Notes: generated by a model not told the origin, from the letters alone. DNA of 64,000 nt from Eledone cirrhosa (GCA_964016885.1 OZ024740.1:419368001-419432000); one strand, 5' to 3'; shown: positions 1-13,205, counted from the stretch's first letter. A program made the numbers and translations.

Positions 1-360
1 TTAATACACAAAGATATATAGCAGCACAATTTTTATTTTTTTTTACTGATATTGGTGGTGGGAGCCCCAGCATGGCCTTAGCCAGATGGCTGGAACTGGT
101 AAAAGAGTAAGAGGGTGTTAGAAGCATAAATCACATTCAACTAAGCTGGTTCTTCTATAATGTACTTAAGACATCAATTTGATGTCCCTGTATTTTAAAA
201 GTTGACTCTACTTCTTTTCATTTTAATTTTTTTTAACAACAATTTTTTTACAGATCAAATATCAGATATTTTCTTTAGAATATATTTAATGTGCATACCA
301 TTGTATAGTTGGGTGGTTAAGTAGTTCCCTTCACAACCACATGGTCTATGTTGTATATCT

Positions 361-920
361 CATTTCATCAGCTGAAATTGACTCAACAATTGATCTCCAC
401 GTGGGTCTGTCATTCATTGCCATTGCCAAATCCTGGATTTCAATACCAGAATCTCTGGAGATGACATCGAGATTGGAGAGCTTGCGCCCCTGTTATTAGT
501 GACTACTTGGGGTTTCCTACTAATGGCGACACAGCCTCATAGGTGGCACAATGGCAGTGGCCAGCAAATCTTACTCTCCTTTTACATATGACAGATATGC
601 GTGGGAAGCCGGCATATATTTCTTTCAAAGTCAGATGTCGCCAGCTTATGTTCTGAATGCGTCGAAGTAGGCAAGTGTAGGTGCCATCAAGGCACTTTGT
701 TGTTTGGATGAAAGCGTCTATGTTTCACTTCCATATAGCAAGATTGGTTGAATTGTTACTTGGAAGAGTCTGATCTTGGTGTGGTTGGAAAGATTTGTGT
801 GCCAAACTTGATCCATCTTGTTGCAAGCTGACCATGCTTGGGCCTTTCTGGTGGCAGAATTCTTCTCAAATTCTATGAACCAGGACCCAAGATACTTGAA
901 ATCCTGGAAGACTCTTTACT
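361..920 (-). pseudogene. Decayed RTE/RTE-X-type LINE, C-terminal half of the reverse transcriptase ORF
   Basis: Manual minus-strand translation gives FQDFKYLGSW...KAQAWSACNKM...IRLFQVTIQPILLYGSET*TL...LDGTYTCLLRRIQNISW...VRFAGHC...AMNDRPTWRSIV, with stops and frameshifts. These are typical RTE-clade post-RT motifs. Confidence 0.85.
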
Positions 921-1293
921 TTGGTAAGTTTTATAAGCCATATTTGTATGTCTTTGAGACAACCAGTGTGAATGCATTTGAATGAGCTTGCAGACAGCAT
1001 AACTATAGTCTGACCGCAGCTGTGAGCAGGTGTGCAGGCGTGTCTAGACATTAACCGGTAATTGAGATCCTAAAAATGAAAAACCCACAGTCATCTGGGT
1101 CAAGGACACTTTGAGCGCAGCCAGTTAGAATCTCATCTTTCCTTCACCGATAACAATGTATTTCATGTCTGAAATTATTGACTTAACCGTAACGAGTTAT
1201 CACTATGTAGATCTATTTTATTCCCTATTGTATAAATAATATTACAAATAAAAAAAGAAAGAAAACACAGAAGCGGGTAGCACACACATCTAG

Positions 1294-2337
1294 GACGGAA
1301 GAGCAATGGTCGGCCAACATAAGGGCTTCGTCACTCTTCTGAAGAGAGAAAATCTATCTGTATTTGCTGTTCATTGTGTCATTCATCGACAACACTTGGC
1401 TGCGAAGAAATTCAGCAAGCCTCTGAGCAAGTCCTTGCAGGTGGCCATTGATGTCATTAATTTTATCAAACGGCATTCCCTCAATGAACGAATTTTCCAG
1501 CAACTGTGCCAAGATAATGACGAAGAATTCGTCAAGTTGCTCCTTCATACTGAAGTAAGGTGGATTTCAAAGGGCAAGTGCCTTACTCACTTCTTTGAAC
1601 TGTTCGACTCTATCATTGAGTTTCTGCGAGGACGCAACACAGAACTGTACAAGAAAACCCTTGATGTGAGGCAAGACTGTGCCTACCTCACCAACATCTT
1701 CGACAAATGCAATAGCATCATTTTGGCTTTGCAGGGGAAGAAGATCACCTTGCTTAAAGCAAGGAATGCTGTGAAAACATTCCTGGCCAAATTGTATGTC
1801 ATCGAAATGAATCTTTGTTGACGGGAATTCTATAATTTTCCTAGTGTCGCCAATGTTCAAAACATTGTAAGCGATGACCAACTCCAAATTTATACCACTC
1901 ACTTCCGTGCGCTACAAGACAACATGAGAGAACGGTTTGTCGACCTTTTGCCGATGAACATCCCAATGTGGATAGCAGATGCTTTCATAGCTAATGTCGA
2001 CGATTTGGACGTTAAATTTCAGGAAGAATTCATTGAACTTCAAGCAGATGACATGATTAAAATTAGATTTCCCAAAATAGGTGAACCCCTTTTTGGGATG
2101 CAAGAGGAAATTCAGCGTTGATTTCCACACCTACATGCAGAGGCTAAGAGATTTTCTCTGCCTTTTCCAAGCTCATACTTAGTCGAGAGGAGGTTTGGTG
2201 TTGTTTCCAGACTGCACAGTAAGGCTTGCAAACGCTACAATGTAATTACACGTGGAGATCTCCGGCTACATCTTAGGAAAATTCAGCCTCACGTCAAAGA
2301 GTTAGCTAGACTCCATGAAACTCAAGGGTCCAATTGA
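1294..2337 (+). pseudogene. hAT transposase pseudogene (ZBED5/SCAND3/FAM200-like family)
   Basis: ORFs 1306-1821 and 1924-2121 plus read-through give DGRAMVG, HCVIHRQHLAAK, LLLHTEVRWISKG and C-terminal LPFPSSYLVERRF...GDLRLHL...HETQGSN*. Premature stops at 1819 and 2119 and a probable small frameshift. Confidence 0.9.
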
Positions 2338-2985
2338 AATGAGTCAAAGTTAAAGTAAGTTGATTTATACGAAAACTTGGATATGCTATTGTTACAAAGC
2401 AAACTAACATTTTTTTTATTTGTAGTTGCAGTCTGACTGGACTGGAAACCATCTACTACAATTCAATTACTCATTTGTTGTATATATTTTACCATTTACT
2501 AATAAATATACCCTCCCGCGTGGTCATGAAAACCCTATTCTGTGGTCTCTAAGCTCACAAAGCAGGGGGACATCAAGTTTGATATCAACATTTATTCTGT
2601 CTGTTTCATTAAAGGGAAAATTGGAAAGCTTTGAAATGATATAATTGTCACTTTCTTCCAGATAAGAGCACTCTTGGGATAGACAGAGATGCTCTTGTAT
2701 AAATGTTCAAAATAGCTGGTATCGCCTGGTGGGAATATAACAAATTCAACTGGTCCTTATTCGTAAAAAAGAACATTTATGTTCCCTTTTTTGAAATTTA
2801 TATATTTCCTTTCAAGGAATGTATTTATACTCTCAGCTGCCTGAATATTGTTAATCAATTTTTTAGTAATCTACTGATATCAAAATCAGTAGTGTATTGA
2901 AAAATGGAAAAATAAGGTAGGGGGGCGTTTCGTGATTTCAAGGGACAAAAGGGGGCGTTTGGCCTAAATGGGTTGAGAACCTGTG
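1294..2985 (+). mobile_element. 5'-truncated hAT DNA transposon (Buster/Charlie-like) with intact right end
   Basis: Transposase remnant at 1294-2337. Right terminus GGTTGAGAACCTGTG (2971-2985; reverse complement CACAGGTTCTCAACC), subterminal GGGGGCGTTT repeats near 2921 and 2951, followed by GTCTAGTG, which resembles the NTCTAGAN target preference. Confidence 0.85.
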
Positions 2986-3099
2986 GTCTAGTGCAATGAT
3001 AAAGAGGAATGGGGCAAGAGTGTCACCCTGCAACACTTCTGCTGAGATGTCAAATTACTCTGTTGGGCCATCAGGGGTGATGGTAGTGGCATTTGTGTT
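2986..3099 (-). pseudogene. RT-domain fragment of the same RTE/RTE-X-type LINE
   Basis: Minus strand translates NTNATTITPDGPTE*FDISAEVLQGDTLAPFLFIIALD (RT QG motif) and ends exactly at the hAT right terminus. Confidence 0.85.
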
Positions 3100-3394
3100 G
3101 CGAAACCTCTACCGTGAATAAGTTAAAAGGAAATTCACTGAATGTCATATTTACCTCTTAATTGGAGAAAGAAAACAAAAACCAGATGACAATTATTTGC
3201 AGTTCTAAAAGATAACTATAAAAAACAAATGAATAATTAATCACTTCATAGTTAATTAACATGCTTAAGGGAAGAAAAATCTGATCTTTGTTTTCCAGTA
3301 AGAGATAACTCTGGACATGTTTTGGTATATTTGACCTCATCAGCCATTTGTTTATATTTAGTTTTCTTAGAGATCATTAGTCTACAGGTGAAAC

Positions 3395-3535
3395 CATAGC
3401 TGTCTGGTTAAGATGTTTGCTTTGCAACCACATGGTTTCAGGTTCAATTCAACCATGTGACACCTATTGTAGCTTTCGAGTAACCAAAGCCTTATGAGTG
3501 GAATCTGGTATGCTGAAACTGCATGGAAGCCTGTC
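3395..3535 (+). mobile_element. Decayed tRNA-derived SINE
   Basis: A-box-like GCTGTCTGGTTAAG, B-box GGTTCAATTC, body ...ACCAAAGCCTTATGAGTGGAATCTGGTA...GAAACTG..GAAGCC. A related head fragment lies at ~305-347. Confidence 0.6.
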
Positions 3536-3980
3536 AAAGGGATCATTGCTATTCTTTTGTAGTAGACTTAGTCCATTGCCCAGTTTAATACCACCACTTG
3601 ACGTTTTGTTGCCTTTAGCTGTCTAGTAGGTTACAAGCATTCAGACCAGGTTTTAAGTCTGAAGTTAACTTCCTCCCAACCAGTCTCTTAGGTCCTGAAA
3701 ACTGTTATGAGTGCTTCCCTTCCTCCTCTGGATAACTTATTTAAAAAACGTCTGTGGCTCTCTGTCAAAGGCCTTCACTGTCTCATTATTAAAGGGTATA
3801 AAGAAGCCTAGAACCCTCCTCATTTTTTCTACCATGCTCATACCCTCTTTATTACTAGGTAGATTATATGAAACATGTCAGATTGTTGGCAATAGAAACT
3901 AAGGTATAACTGCATCAAATATAGAATTTGCTCACAGTTTTCTTAGAAGTAGTTTGGACCATGTTGTTGACTGTGTGCTA

Positions 3981-4135
3981 GTAACATCAACAGACAATTA
4001 TACTTAACCCTTTTAATACCAACCCATGTTGTAACATCAAAAGACAACTGTACTTAACCCTTTTGATACCAACCCATGTTGTAACATCAAAAGACAACTG
4101 TACTTAACCCTTTTGATACCAACCCATGTTGTAAC
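3981..4135. repeat. 50-bp tandem repeat x3 containing a piggyBac-type MITE terminus
   Basis: Units start at 3981, 4031 and 4081. Each contains TTAACCCTTTT(G/A)ATACCAACCC, which matches the family-A MITE end. Confidence 0.9.
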
Positions 4136-4319
4136 TTTAAAAGTAGTAAAATCAGCTTTTTAACCCTGTTGTTACCGAATTTCTAATGAAAAACACTGCC
4201 TATGATTTTTAAATAATCAAGAATTTGGAGGCTAAGTTTCTCATTATTGAGCTGGTGTTTGGGGCATAACTTAACAAATGTTCTTGCATAAAATTATGGT
4301 GGAAGGTTTTTAGATAACT

Positions 4320-4559
4320 TTAACCCTTTTGTGACCGTATTTATAATGAAATATACTCCCCTTCAATTAATTTATGCAGAATTTTGAAAGATTTACTTAA
4401 ATGATTAATTATTTCATTCTTAATATAATAGCTTAACATATTGTTCTTGTATAATATCATGTTGGAAGATATAAATTTATATAGGAATCGTTTGAAATGG
4501 GGAATTTTCTTTCATAGAACCAGGGTCGGATTTGGCTGGGTTGGTATCAAAAGGGATAA
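4320..4559 (+). mobile_element. piggyBac-type MITE family A (partial copy upstream at ~4160-4319)
   Basis: Begins TTAA-CCCTTTTGTGACC and ends GGTATCAAAAGGG-ATAA. Homologous copies at ~46816-47426, 50398-50648, ~53165-53610 and ~58800-59208. Confidence 0.7.
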
Positions 4560-6888
4560 ATACTTTAATATAAGCAGCTTTGTATTGTAGAATCAGGGGC
4601 AGTTTTGGTAGACTTAGTCTGAGAATGGCTAAATATGGAAGCCTCATAGATGAAATAAGTCAGGATCAAAATCCATAAAAAAAAATCAGAACAAAACAAG
4701 AAAAAAAAGACATTAGGCTACTGTTATTGATGATGATGATTTGAGAGGCTAGCATGTGTAAGAGCCTCATTAACTTTCATAGCCGAAGCCTTTTACAAGA
4801 TGAAGTTAATTCAATACCTTTCTCCCACAACTACTTTTCTATTCTGTTAAATTACTAAAGTTGCTGATGTTCAGACAATCTTTCAAATGATTACTCATTT
4901 AAGTAGGAGTTTAGTTTCCTTCTCACTTGTCATATCTTTTCCTATACAATATCTTCAGTATTTATCTCTGATTAATACTTTAGATTTTTGATTTCTTCAT
5001 AGTGTTCAATTGCCTATTATATTTCAGGACTTGGAAATTACATTTTCTCTCCTCTGCCCCAAATTTCATTTCCAACTCTTAATTTTTTTCTTTTTCTTTT
5101 TAATTTTCAATATTCTAAACTATCACTTCTTTTTTAGATTTTTTTTTTTTTCAAATCTGAGATAAGAGGTTAAGAAACATTGTTTACTTCACTGTTATAT
5201 CAAGTAACCTTTCATAGAGACTCTCAATTTATCATTTTTTAAATTTTTGAAGGATATTTGTAATTACTGATATTCATAATTATTTTAATGATTAGAATTA
5301 TTTCTTTTTAAAACTTTGAAATTTGAGGTATAATTCCAGAGAATCTATTGTATTCAAGAAAATATGTCAATAGAAATTTAATGGATTTGTGAATGTGTTA
5401 GTGAAATAACTGGCTTTGGATGTTGGGAATGATGTTATAAAACCCTCTTCCATCACTCCTTGCATAGATATAAAATTGCAGAGTTATCTAACCCAACCAG
5501 TTAAAACTCTGTTATAATCAAATAAACCTTGATTGGTATTGTTATATATTTTCACAATATCCGATGTTGAGCTTCAAAATATGTACATCTCACTTTAACT
5601 TTAAATTATGGAGCTCTGTATTGAATATGTTTAAGGTTTTGTTCCAAATATGGAGAGAACTGTATGGAAATGTTGCTGAAGATCCCTTTATACTGAAGTT
5701 GTATAATATTTAAGTTGTAAAGATTTACTAATTGAGGAGAGCTGTGAGTCTTCCCAATCAATAGATTGAAGGGGAGACGGTTAATATAATTCTATCAACA
5801 CAGCTGTATTCTCTGAAAAACAATATAACTGTCAAAAACTCTGAGCTGTAAATAAGCTACTGGGCCATATTTCTGAGCTGTAAATGAGCTGTCTTCTGAG
5901 CCTTCAGTTTGTGTCAAAAGACACAACTTCTCCTCTGCACTCAATATAACTGTATGTAAGCATGATACATATGCCTCAGCCGGTCTGGGAGTCAGTACTG
6001 ACTTCATCTATGTAGACCCGTCCAACCTTTGCTAGCAGGGAAAACGGATGTTAAATGAATGATGATGATTTAGTAAAGTACATGGTTGTAAACTGTACTG
6101 TTTAGTTCTAACACCAGTTATTGAAGTAATGTGATAAGAATGTTTGAGACTTCCTTCCCAATGCATTGTGCTATTTTCCTGATAAAATTTCATAACGATT
6201 TAGTTGGATAAAAATACAGGATGAGAAGTTGAGTCTTCGACTGATACTGTTTTATAAAAGGAAGAGAAAACTCTAGTCTGGTTAGTGCAGATAAACTAAG
6301 TAATATTAGGGGGAAAGTTAAGAGAAGCAAGTATTTTGGTGGTGTTATTTAGCATCCTCCAATAATTATATATTGTCTCTCCAAACTACCAAAACACACA
6401 TCTATTTGTATATGCGCTACAGTTTATGTACATGTTATGTTTATTGCATATCAAAGTTTTTTATATCTTGGTTGATATTTGATAATAACAGCTAAACTGA
6501 TCACTTCAATTAAATTGACCAAATTTTGACCCTCCCCCCCAATTCAGAAATGCTTCCACCGCCCGTGTGTACGTGTGTGTGTGTCACATTGAATTTCTGT
6601 GGGTTAAATGTGGTTGGTGAGGCTTACTTGTTTCATTATCTGGTAGTATATTATTTTACTTTCAGCTTTCCTAGGAGAAATAGGGATATATTTTATGTAA
6701 AACAAACTTTATTTGATCTAAGATATCATTTTATTATATAGAGAGCATCCAGTAAAATAAAGAAATAACAAGAAACAAATAAACAATAGAGAACTTTGTT
6801 TATTTAAATATAAAATCCATCCAGAGAAAATTGATATAAAAATCTATAGCTGGTCGACCACTAATAATAATAATATAATCAGTTTAAT

Positions 6889-6980
6889 ACAGGAGCATAT
6901 CATCATCATCATCATCATCATCATCGTCATCATCTTCCATCATCATCACCATCATTAACATCCACCACTACCACCACCAT
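6889..6980. repeat. (CAT)n/(CAC)n microsatellite
   Basis: Seen directly in the sequence. Confidence 0.85.
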
Positions 6981-7020
6981 TTAATGTCTGTTTTTCCTGT
7001 TAATAAGGATTTATATAAAC

Positions 7021-7650
7021 ATCATCATCATCATTCATTTAACATCTATGTTCCCTGCTAGCAAGGGTTGGACAGGTCTTCAGAAATCAAGGCAGTACTG
7101 AAGCAGGGCTACAGACCTCCCAAAGAAGCTAGGGGTCTGCATCTCACTTACATATGGTCCCACATTCTACTGGGTGCGTTTTATCATGGCACCAGCACTA
7201 AAGAAGTTGTCATGTTATTGACACAGCTGAAGGACCCTCCTAACCCTTTGTTTGGCAACCTTTCTACAGCTGGATGCCCTTTCTATCAGCAACCACTTGA
7301 CAGCATTTACTGGGTGTGTTTATCATGTAGATTACCACCACTAGGGAGATTTTCAGATTTTTGACACAACTGAAGGGTCTTCCTAACCCTTTGTTTGGCA
7401 TCTACAGCTGGATGCCCTTCCTATCATCAACCACTTGACAGCATGTATTGGGTGAGTTTGTTATGTAGATCACTAACACTAGAGAGGATTTTGTGCCGTT
7501 GACACATGAAGTCCTCTCAACCCTTTTAGACATGGTTTCTACCGCAGGGCCTTTCATATCACCAACCATCTTACATGGTATACTGGATGCATTTTTGTGG
7601 CACCAACACCAAAGAGGTTGTTGGTTATTGTCCTAACTGAAGAACCCTCT
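7021..7650 (-). mobile_element. RTE-tail-bearing retroelement with ~3 tandem copies of a ~140-150-bp 3'UTR module
   Basis: (ATC)n tail at 7021. The block TTTCTACAGCTGGATGCCCTT..ACCAC..ACA....ACTGG recurs near 7261, 7401 and 7536 and matches the RTE 3'UTR in reverse. Confidence 0.65.
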
Positions 7651-7844
7651 CTGCTATGTGAAAGTTTGGTGGGGATTGAGAGGAGAAGGAAGATAAATAT
7701 GAAGTTACTATACTATTTAGAAAATAAATTATGCTTAAAATTTTAGCTTTATTGAAACATTTATAGAAAAGCCCTAAATTTTAGATACTCTTCACTTATC
7801 TGTTGTCAACTGAAAATTTTGCTGATTTGTGTTGTATCAATTCA

Positions 7845-8290
7845 TCTTCTCTTCTTCTTTACCCACTTATTCCTGAGAGGGTCACGGGGGCAGAGTCCTC
7901 AAACACTCCTTCCAGCAGTTCCTGTCAGAAGCAACTGTCTTCAACTGATCCGGCTGGATCTCCAAGCGAGACCAGCCAAGCTCATGGATGTTATCCAACC
8001 ATCTTGCTGAGGGTCTACCCCCTGGGTCTCCTGCTGGTTGGTTTTGCCCGTAAAATCTGTCTGGCGATTCTTTCCTGAGACATTCTAACCACATGTCCAT
8101 AGTATCAGAGCTGTGATCTCTCAATTCTGAGAAGTAGCAGCTCTAGCTGGAGAGACTCTCCAGTGATTCTTTCCTGAGATATTCTAACCACATGCCCTTA
8201 GTATCGGAGCTGTGATCTCTCAATTCTGAGAAGTAGTGGCTCTACCTGGAGTGACTCTCTCATCTCCAAGCTACTCATTCTACTGAGTAA
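7845..8290 (-). mobile_element. 3' fragment of an Expander/RTE-1-like LINE with an internal ~100-bp tandem duplication
   Basis: Minus strand gives LLLRIERSQL*YYGHVVRMSQERIARQI...RPSARWLDNIHELGWSRLEI...DRNCWK, with an (AAG)n tail. 8065-8160 is repeated at 8165-8260. Other copies at 49283-49602, 54210-54508 and 55066-55105. Confidence 0.85.
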
Positions 8291-9064
8291 CATTACTGCT
8301 ATCAATTTATGGTTGATAAATTAATATTCTAAAGTGATTGATTGTTGTTAGAAGATTAGTAATTAATACTTATTAGAATAATGGTGTAGCTATTTTATTT
8401 TTTGTATATAATTTGTTTTGAAATCATTTTATAATTATTTCATTATTTCATTTTTCGAAAAATTACTACGTGCACTCAGAAACGTTTTGCTGATGAGGAA
8501 AGACAAATCTATATTACAAAATATTGAATTCTGATGTGAGAATCAAATTCACTCTCTCTCTCTTGTAAAATTCAATGAAACCAAGTTTCAAATACCAGTA
8601 TTATATTTCAATAGTCATTTCTAACAGCTGGTATACAAATGCTTTGGTACATTAAATTTTATATGGATTATTCTTTTATTTTATTAAAATTTCTGTAATC
8701 TTATACATGACATTAAATTACTATCTCAGTTGTGTTTATTTATTTATTTCTGCTGGAAGCTCTAAAAATCAAGACTAGAATTCTTAATTTCAAAAATTAA
8801 TTTCAATTTTTATAAACTTGTCCATTGCCCATTCCATGCTAGTATGAAACAAAATTAGTGCAAAAGTATTTATTATCAGAAGATAGAAGATAAAATAAAT
8901 TTTAACTAAAAAATACTTAACACAACTGTTAGCTGGAGGTTTTCTATTTACTGAAAAGTTTTATTCTCACTTTTGTTGAAGTCAAAGTATTTTTTGATTA
9001 TATATTAACTAAAATTTTTTTTATAATCTTTAGTTTTTGTGTTTGAAAATTAAATTTGTATCCT

Positions 9065-9195
9065 TTGGCAGTATCAGTAAAGCGTCAGACACCATGCTTT
9101 GTAGCATAGTTATGGCCCTTTGCGTTCCGAGTTCAAATCCCGCTGAGGTTAACTTTGCCTTTCGTCCTTACAGGGTCGATAAAATAAAGTACCTG
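9065..9195 (+). mobile_element. tRNA-derived SINE (family carrying a GCCTTTCATCCT..GGGTCGATAAA domain)
   Basis: TGGCAGTATCAGTAAAGCG head, GAGTTCAAATCC B-box, GCCTTTCGTCCTTACAGGGTCGATAAAATAAAGTACC. The domain resembles the Nin/Deu-type central domain (recognised from memory). Confidence 0.75.
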
Positions 9196-10554
9196 GCGGT
9201 GGAGTAAAACTATAAAATACAGAAATTTTCATAAAAGAGCATTGCATCAGTGATAATTATTAATTTCTTCCCTTCAACATATACTAGCTAATATAGAAGT
9301 AATATCTAGTTTGTCTAGCGAAAATATTCAATTATATGTTGTTGACAACTAATGGACAAACACTAACACACAAGTCTTTTCTTGTTATTCTATCATTGCT
9401 TGCTACTTGATAGTTGCAGCATGAGTGGAAGCTGATGCAATAGTCACATTACAATTTTCTACAGCCCTAGTAGTAGGAGTGATAATAGCAGCAGCAGTAA
9501 CTACAATGGATAGAGTGTAATATAGTGGTTTATAACAGATGACTAGTAAAAGCTATTATCACAATAAAATTGTTGTCGTTTACTTGAAGGTATTCACCCA
9601 TTGCATTCAGAAACATGATTCATTGAGATTTAAAAAAGCAAAAACCGAATAATATTTAATCAATGATAATGCATAATATCGTTCATTTAGGTCGGCTCCT
9701 ATTTTTCCTTCTTTTGTATTCTGTGCTGAAGCTTCATTCATTTACATTTTTCTCTCTATTTCACTTGATAATAGTATTCTCTATGACCGTGAGTGTATAT
9801 ATATTCCTTCATATGCCAGTTATAGATTAAATCATAATTTTTTAGAATATTATAATGCTAGTAATATTTAGATTTACACCTTATGAAATTTTATTAAACC
9901 TGTTTACATTCTCTCGATTAAGTATGAATGATTGATTGCTAATGCTTGCTTTCCTGGTGACTTCCCAGCATTCCCTATTATTGTCTCATTAGTAAACAGA
10001 TGCAAAGAATACATTGAGGATAGTAGTTCTCCTTCTGATAGGGAATGTGGTTATATTTTCATCCTTGTTCCTTTATATCAGGAATAACAGATCTATTATG
10101 GATTTGTAAAGCAAGTTAGGAATATCATCTATTACTGATAGCTCTAATCATGGACTTATTACTTACTGAACATTCTCCAGCATCTATCAATAACAAACAT
10201 TATTGTTGTTTTCTCCATCCTTCTTTCTTGATGCAGTATTTTGGATGTCCACCATACTTTCTCTCTAATTCCACTCAGCTCTTCAATGCTCTTTTGCAGC
10301 AAATTCTTTGATTTAGAAGCAACGTTATACTGAAATTTGAGAAGTTTAAGAAACATTTGAATTCTATTCATATCATAAATTATTATTTATAAAAGCATTC
10401 CAGAAATATATTTAGATTATTTTCTTATATTGTGTCTAATATTCCACAATATTTCTTATCAAATATTACCAACTTCCAATTCAAAAGAAAATTTATTTTC
10501 AAGACACTTTCTAGAGAGAAGGAAATTTATTCACTCACTTCAGCACATCTTTTA

Positions 10555-10578
10555 ATATATATCAATATATATATTGAT

Positions 10579-10627
<49 letters not shown>

Positions 10628-10910
10628 TAGATATAGATATATTAATATAGATATAGATATATTAATATAGATATAGATATATTAATATAGATATAGATAT
10701 ATTAATATAGATATAGATATATTAATATAGATATAGATATATTAATATAAATATATATAGATATATTAATATAAATATATATAGATATATTAATATAAAT
10801 ATATATAGATATATTAATATAAATATATATAGATATATTAATATAAATATATATAGATATATTAATATAAATACATATAGATATATATATATATATAGAA
10901 ATATATAGAT
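10555..10910. repeat. (TA)n plus 20-22-bp AT-rich minisatellite
   Basis: ATATTAATATAGATATAGAT-type unit x~6, grading into ATATTAATATAAATATATATAG units. Confidence 0.95.
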
Positions 10911-11326
10911 ATGTTCACACACATACACATGTATGTATATAAGCACTAAGCTGTTATAAAACTAAACTGATATACTGTCAAGACTGTCAACTTCATGTCA
11001 TTCCCACAACACACCTCTTCACCAAATAACAGATTGATTTTATTGTCAAAGAATTCAAACATCCTTCCTTCCTGAAAGTTCTGGCATTGACCCACATGCT
11101 AAATGTCACTTGGGTTGAGGATGTCACAAGGATTATACTTTTGAAATTCCTATAATTTATTCTGCTCCTCTAGACAGTAAAACCTGATTCCTTAAGCTGT
11201 GGTCACACTGGTAATTACACCAATTCAGGTAAAGCTATCCTCTTCTTCTTTGCTCATTCTGCTATCATATTCTTCTTTTGTAGTTAGATGTTGATTTTTG
11301 TATATCTATCTCTCTATGTATGTGTG

Positions 11327-11366
<40 letters not shown>

Positions 11367-11829
11367 TACACATACACACATACACACACACAGACATATT
11401 GATACACACACACATGTATATGTTGAAATCAAATGTTAGACTCTGTAGAATATACTGTACATTATAACAACAGATGCTTGTTTTAGGCAACAAACTTAAG
11501 TTTTAAAGTTCTTAAATGAAAATAACAATTTCAAGACAATTAAACATTTGAAATCCATAAATATAATTTTTTAGACTAAAGTATCATTTTCACTTCTATT
11601 TCTAAACTTCAAAGGTAATATGAAACTTTTTTTTACTTGTAACTAATAATTCAAGACAACATTATTTACCTTTTTTTTAAATTTTTTTTTTATTATAATT
11701 AGTGTTGATATGAAATATTAATTATATTTATTTAGTCTCATAATCCCTTTGAAAAAATTAATCTGATTTTGTGTTTAATATATTTTCCTGTTTGAAACTT
11801 TCTGTTGAGAATTGGTGATGTTTGTTGTA

Positions 11830-11952
11830 ATGTACACATTCAGTTTAATTTTTTTCCCTGACATTTGTACATTATTCTATGTACTATACATGCACCTTTG
11901 ATGAGTTGTAGTGCACCTGAGCACTGTACACAATAATTTTCATTATTATTAT
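11830..11952 (+). mobile_element. Short retroelement 3' end with (ATT)n tail
   Basis: Nearly the same sequence occurs in reverse at 49833-49946, where it is inserted in a SINE. It ends in TTCATTATTATTAT. Confidence 0.7.
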
Positions 11953-12449
11953 CTTGATACAGTCTTCGAGGCTGTAATTAGTTGACTGTGTCTAAATAAT
12001 ATGGTAGAATTCCTTTCAAGTTAGCATTAATAGATTTAAAAAAAAAATATTACTTATGATCAAACTTTAGTCAATCTTATTTTTTTCTCTGCAAATATTG
12101 ATCTGCCTTGAGAAACGTATCTAAGATTGATTTCCTGTATTATTAGATTTCCTTTTGAAAATTCTTCCAGACATTTGAACACCAATAATTTGTCATCAAC
12201 TGATCATTGAACAGTGATTGTGATTTCTCCCTTCACTGCATTGTCACTCTACCTGACAAAAATCTTTAAACTACGTGTTGTGCCTGGCTTCTTAAGAAGA
12301 ATCACAGCATTAAAATTAAACTTCCTTGAAAATGTCTACAGCTTTTTATACGCATGTTGAAATAGAATTTACAAAGTAAATTCTTCTTAGTTTTTTTTTT
12401 TTTAATATATATTTTATATTTTATCAAATTGATTGATTTAAAGATGTTC

Positions 12450-12732
12450 TTCACCACCACAACCATCACCACCCTCACTACCACCACCCTCACTACCACC
12501 ACCCTCACTACCACCACCCTCACTACCACCACCATCAACATCACCACCACCAACATCACCCTCACCACCACCAACATCACCCTCACCACCACCATCACCC
12601 TCACCACCACCAACATCACCCTCATCACCACCAACATCACCCTCACCACCATCACCCTCACCATCACAACCATCAACATCACCACCACCATCACAACCAT
12701 CAACGTCACCACCATCACCACCATCACACCCA
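12450..12732. repeat. Compound (ACC/ATC) trinucleotide minisatellite
   Basis: Seen directly. It explains the T-rich, V/M-rich and G-rich ORFs at 12302-12794. Confidence 0.95.
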
Positions 12733-13131
12733 GTAACCTTTTTTAAAAAAGATATGAAATGTGTAATCTTAATCTTAATCATCATCATCATCATTTAACG
12801 TTTATCTTCCACTTCCATACTAGCATGGGTTAGACTTTGTGTGTATATACACACAAATGAAACCTTTTGAAGAGTGTGGGTTTGTCTTAGTTTGGTAACA
12901 ATGAAAACTTAAGGAACAATGGTTTTAGTTTGTTTTTCATGTAAAAATTTCAAAAAATTCCAATAAAAGATGAGTAATCTTCTGCTAGATATTTAGATAC
13001 TTTTAATTTCTTAAACACACACATACATATTATACATACTGACATATATATATGTGTATGTGTGTGTGTGTGTATATATACACACACACACACACACACA
13101 TTTATTTCAAAACTTATATCCAAAGCATAAC

Positions 13132-13205
13132 TATTTCATCTGATGGACAAGCTGGACGTTTCTGTAAGGATCGTTTAATTTCCTGAAACCTTTGGTAATG
13201 GAATA
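13132..13205 (+). ncRNA. Degenerate type-I hammerhead ribozyme motif
   Basis: Stem I TATTTCAT/ATGGAATA (8 bp), core CTGATGG (A9>G), GAAA at 13185, stem III ACC-TTT-GGT, GUA triplet. Stem II is irregular. Confidence 0.5.

Noticed and set aside
1306-1821. Domesticated host gene (ZBED5/SCAND3/FAM200-like)
   Set aside because: Premature stops, 5' truncation and a retained TIR indicate a dead transposon, so no gene symbol is assigned.
8475-8505. CTCAGAAACGTTTTGCTGATGAGG as a permuted hammerhead
   Set aside because: Both core words are present but no stem I can form between them, so this is likely chance.
12302-12794. Thr-rich mucin-like, Val/Met-rich and Gly-rich ORFs
   Set aside because: Trinucleotide repeat open in multiple frames, with no supported gene context.
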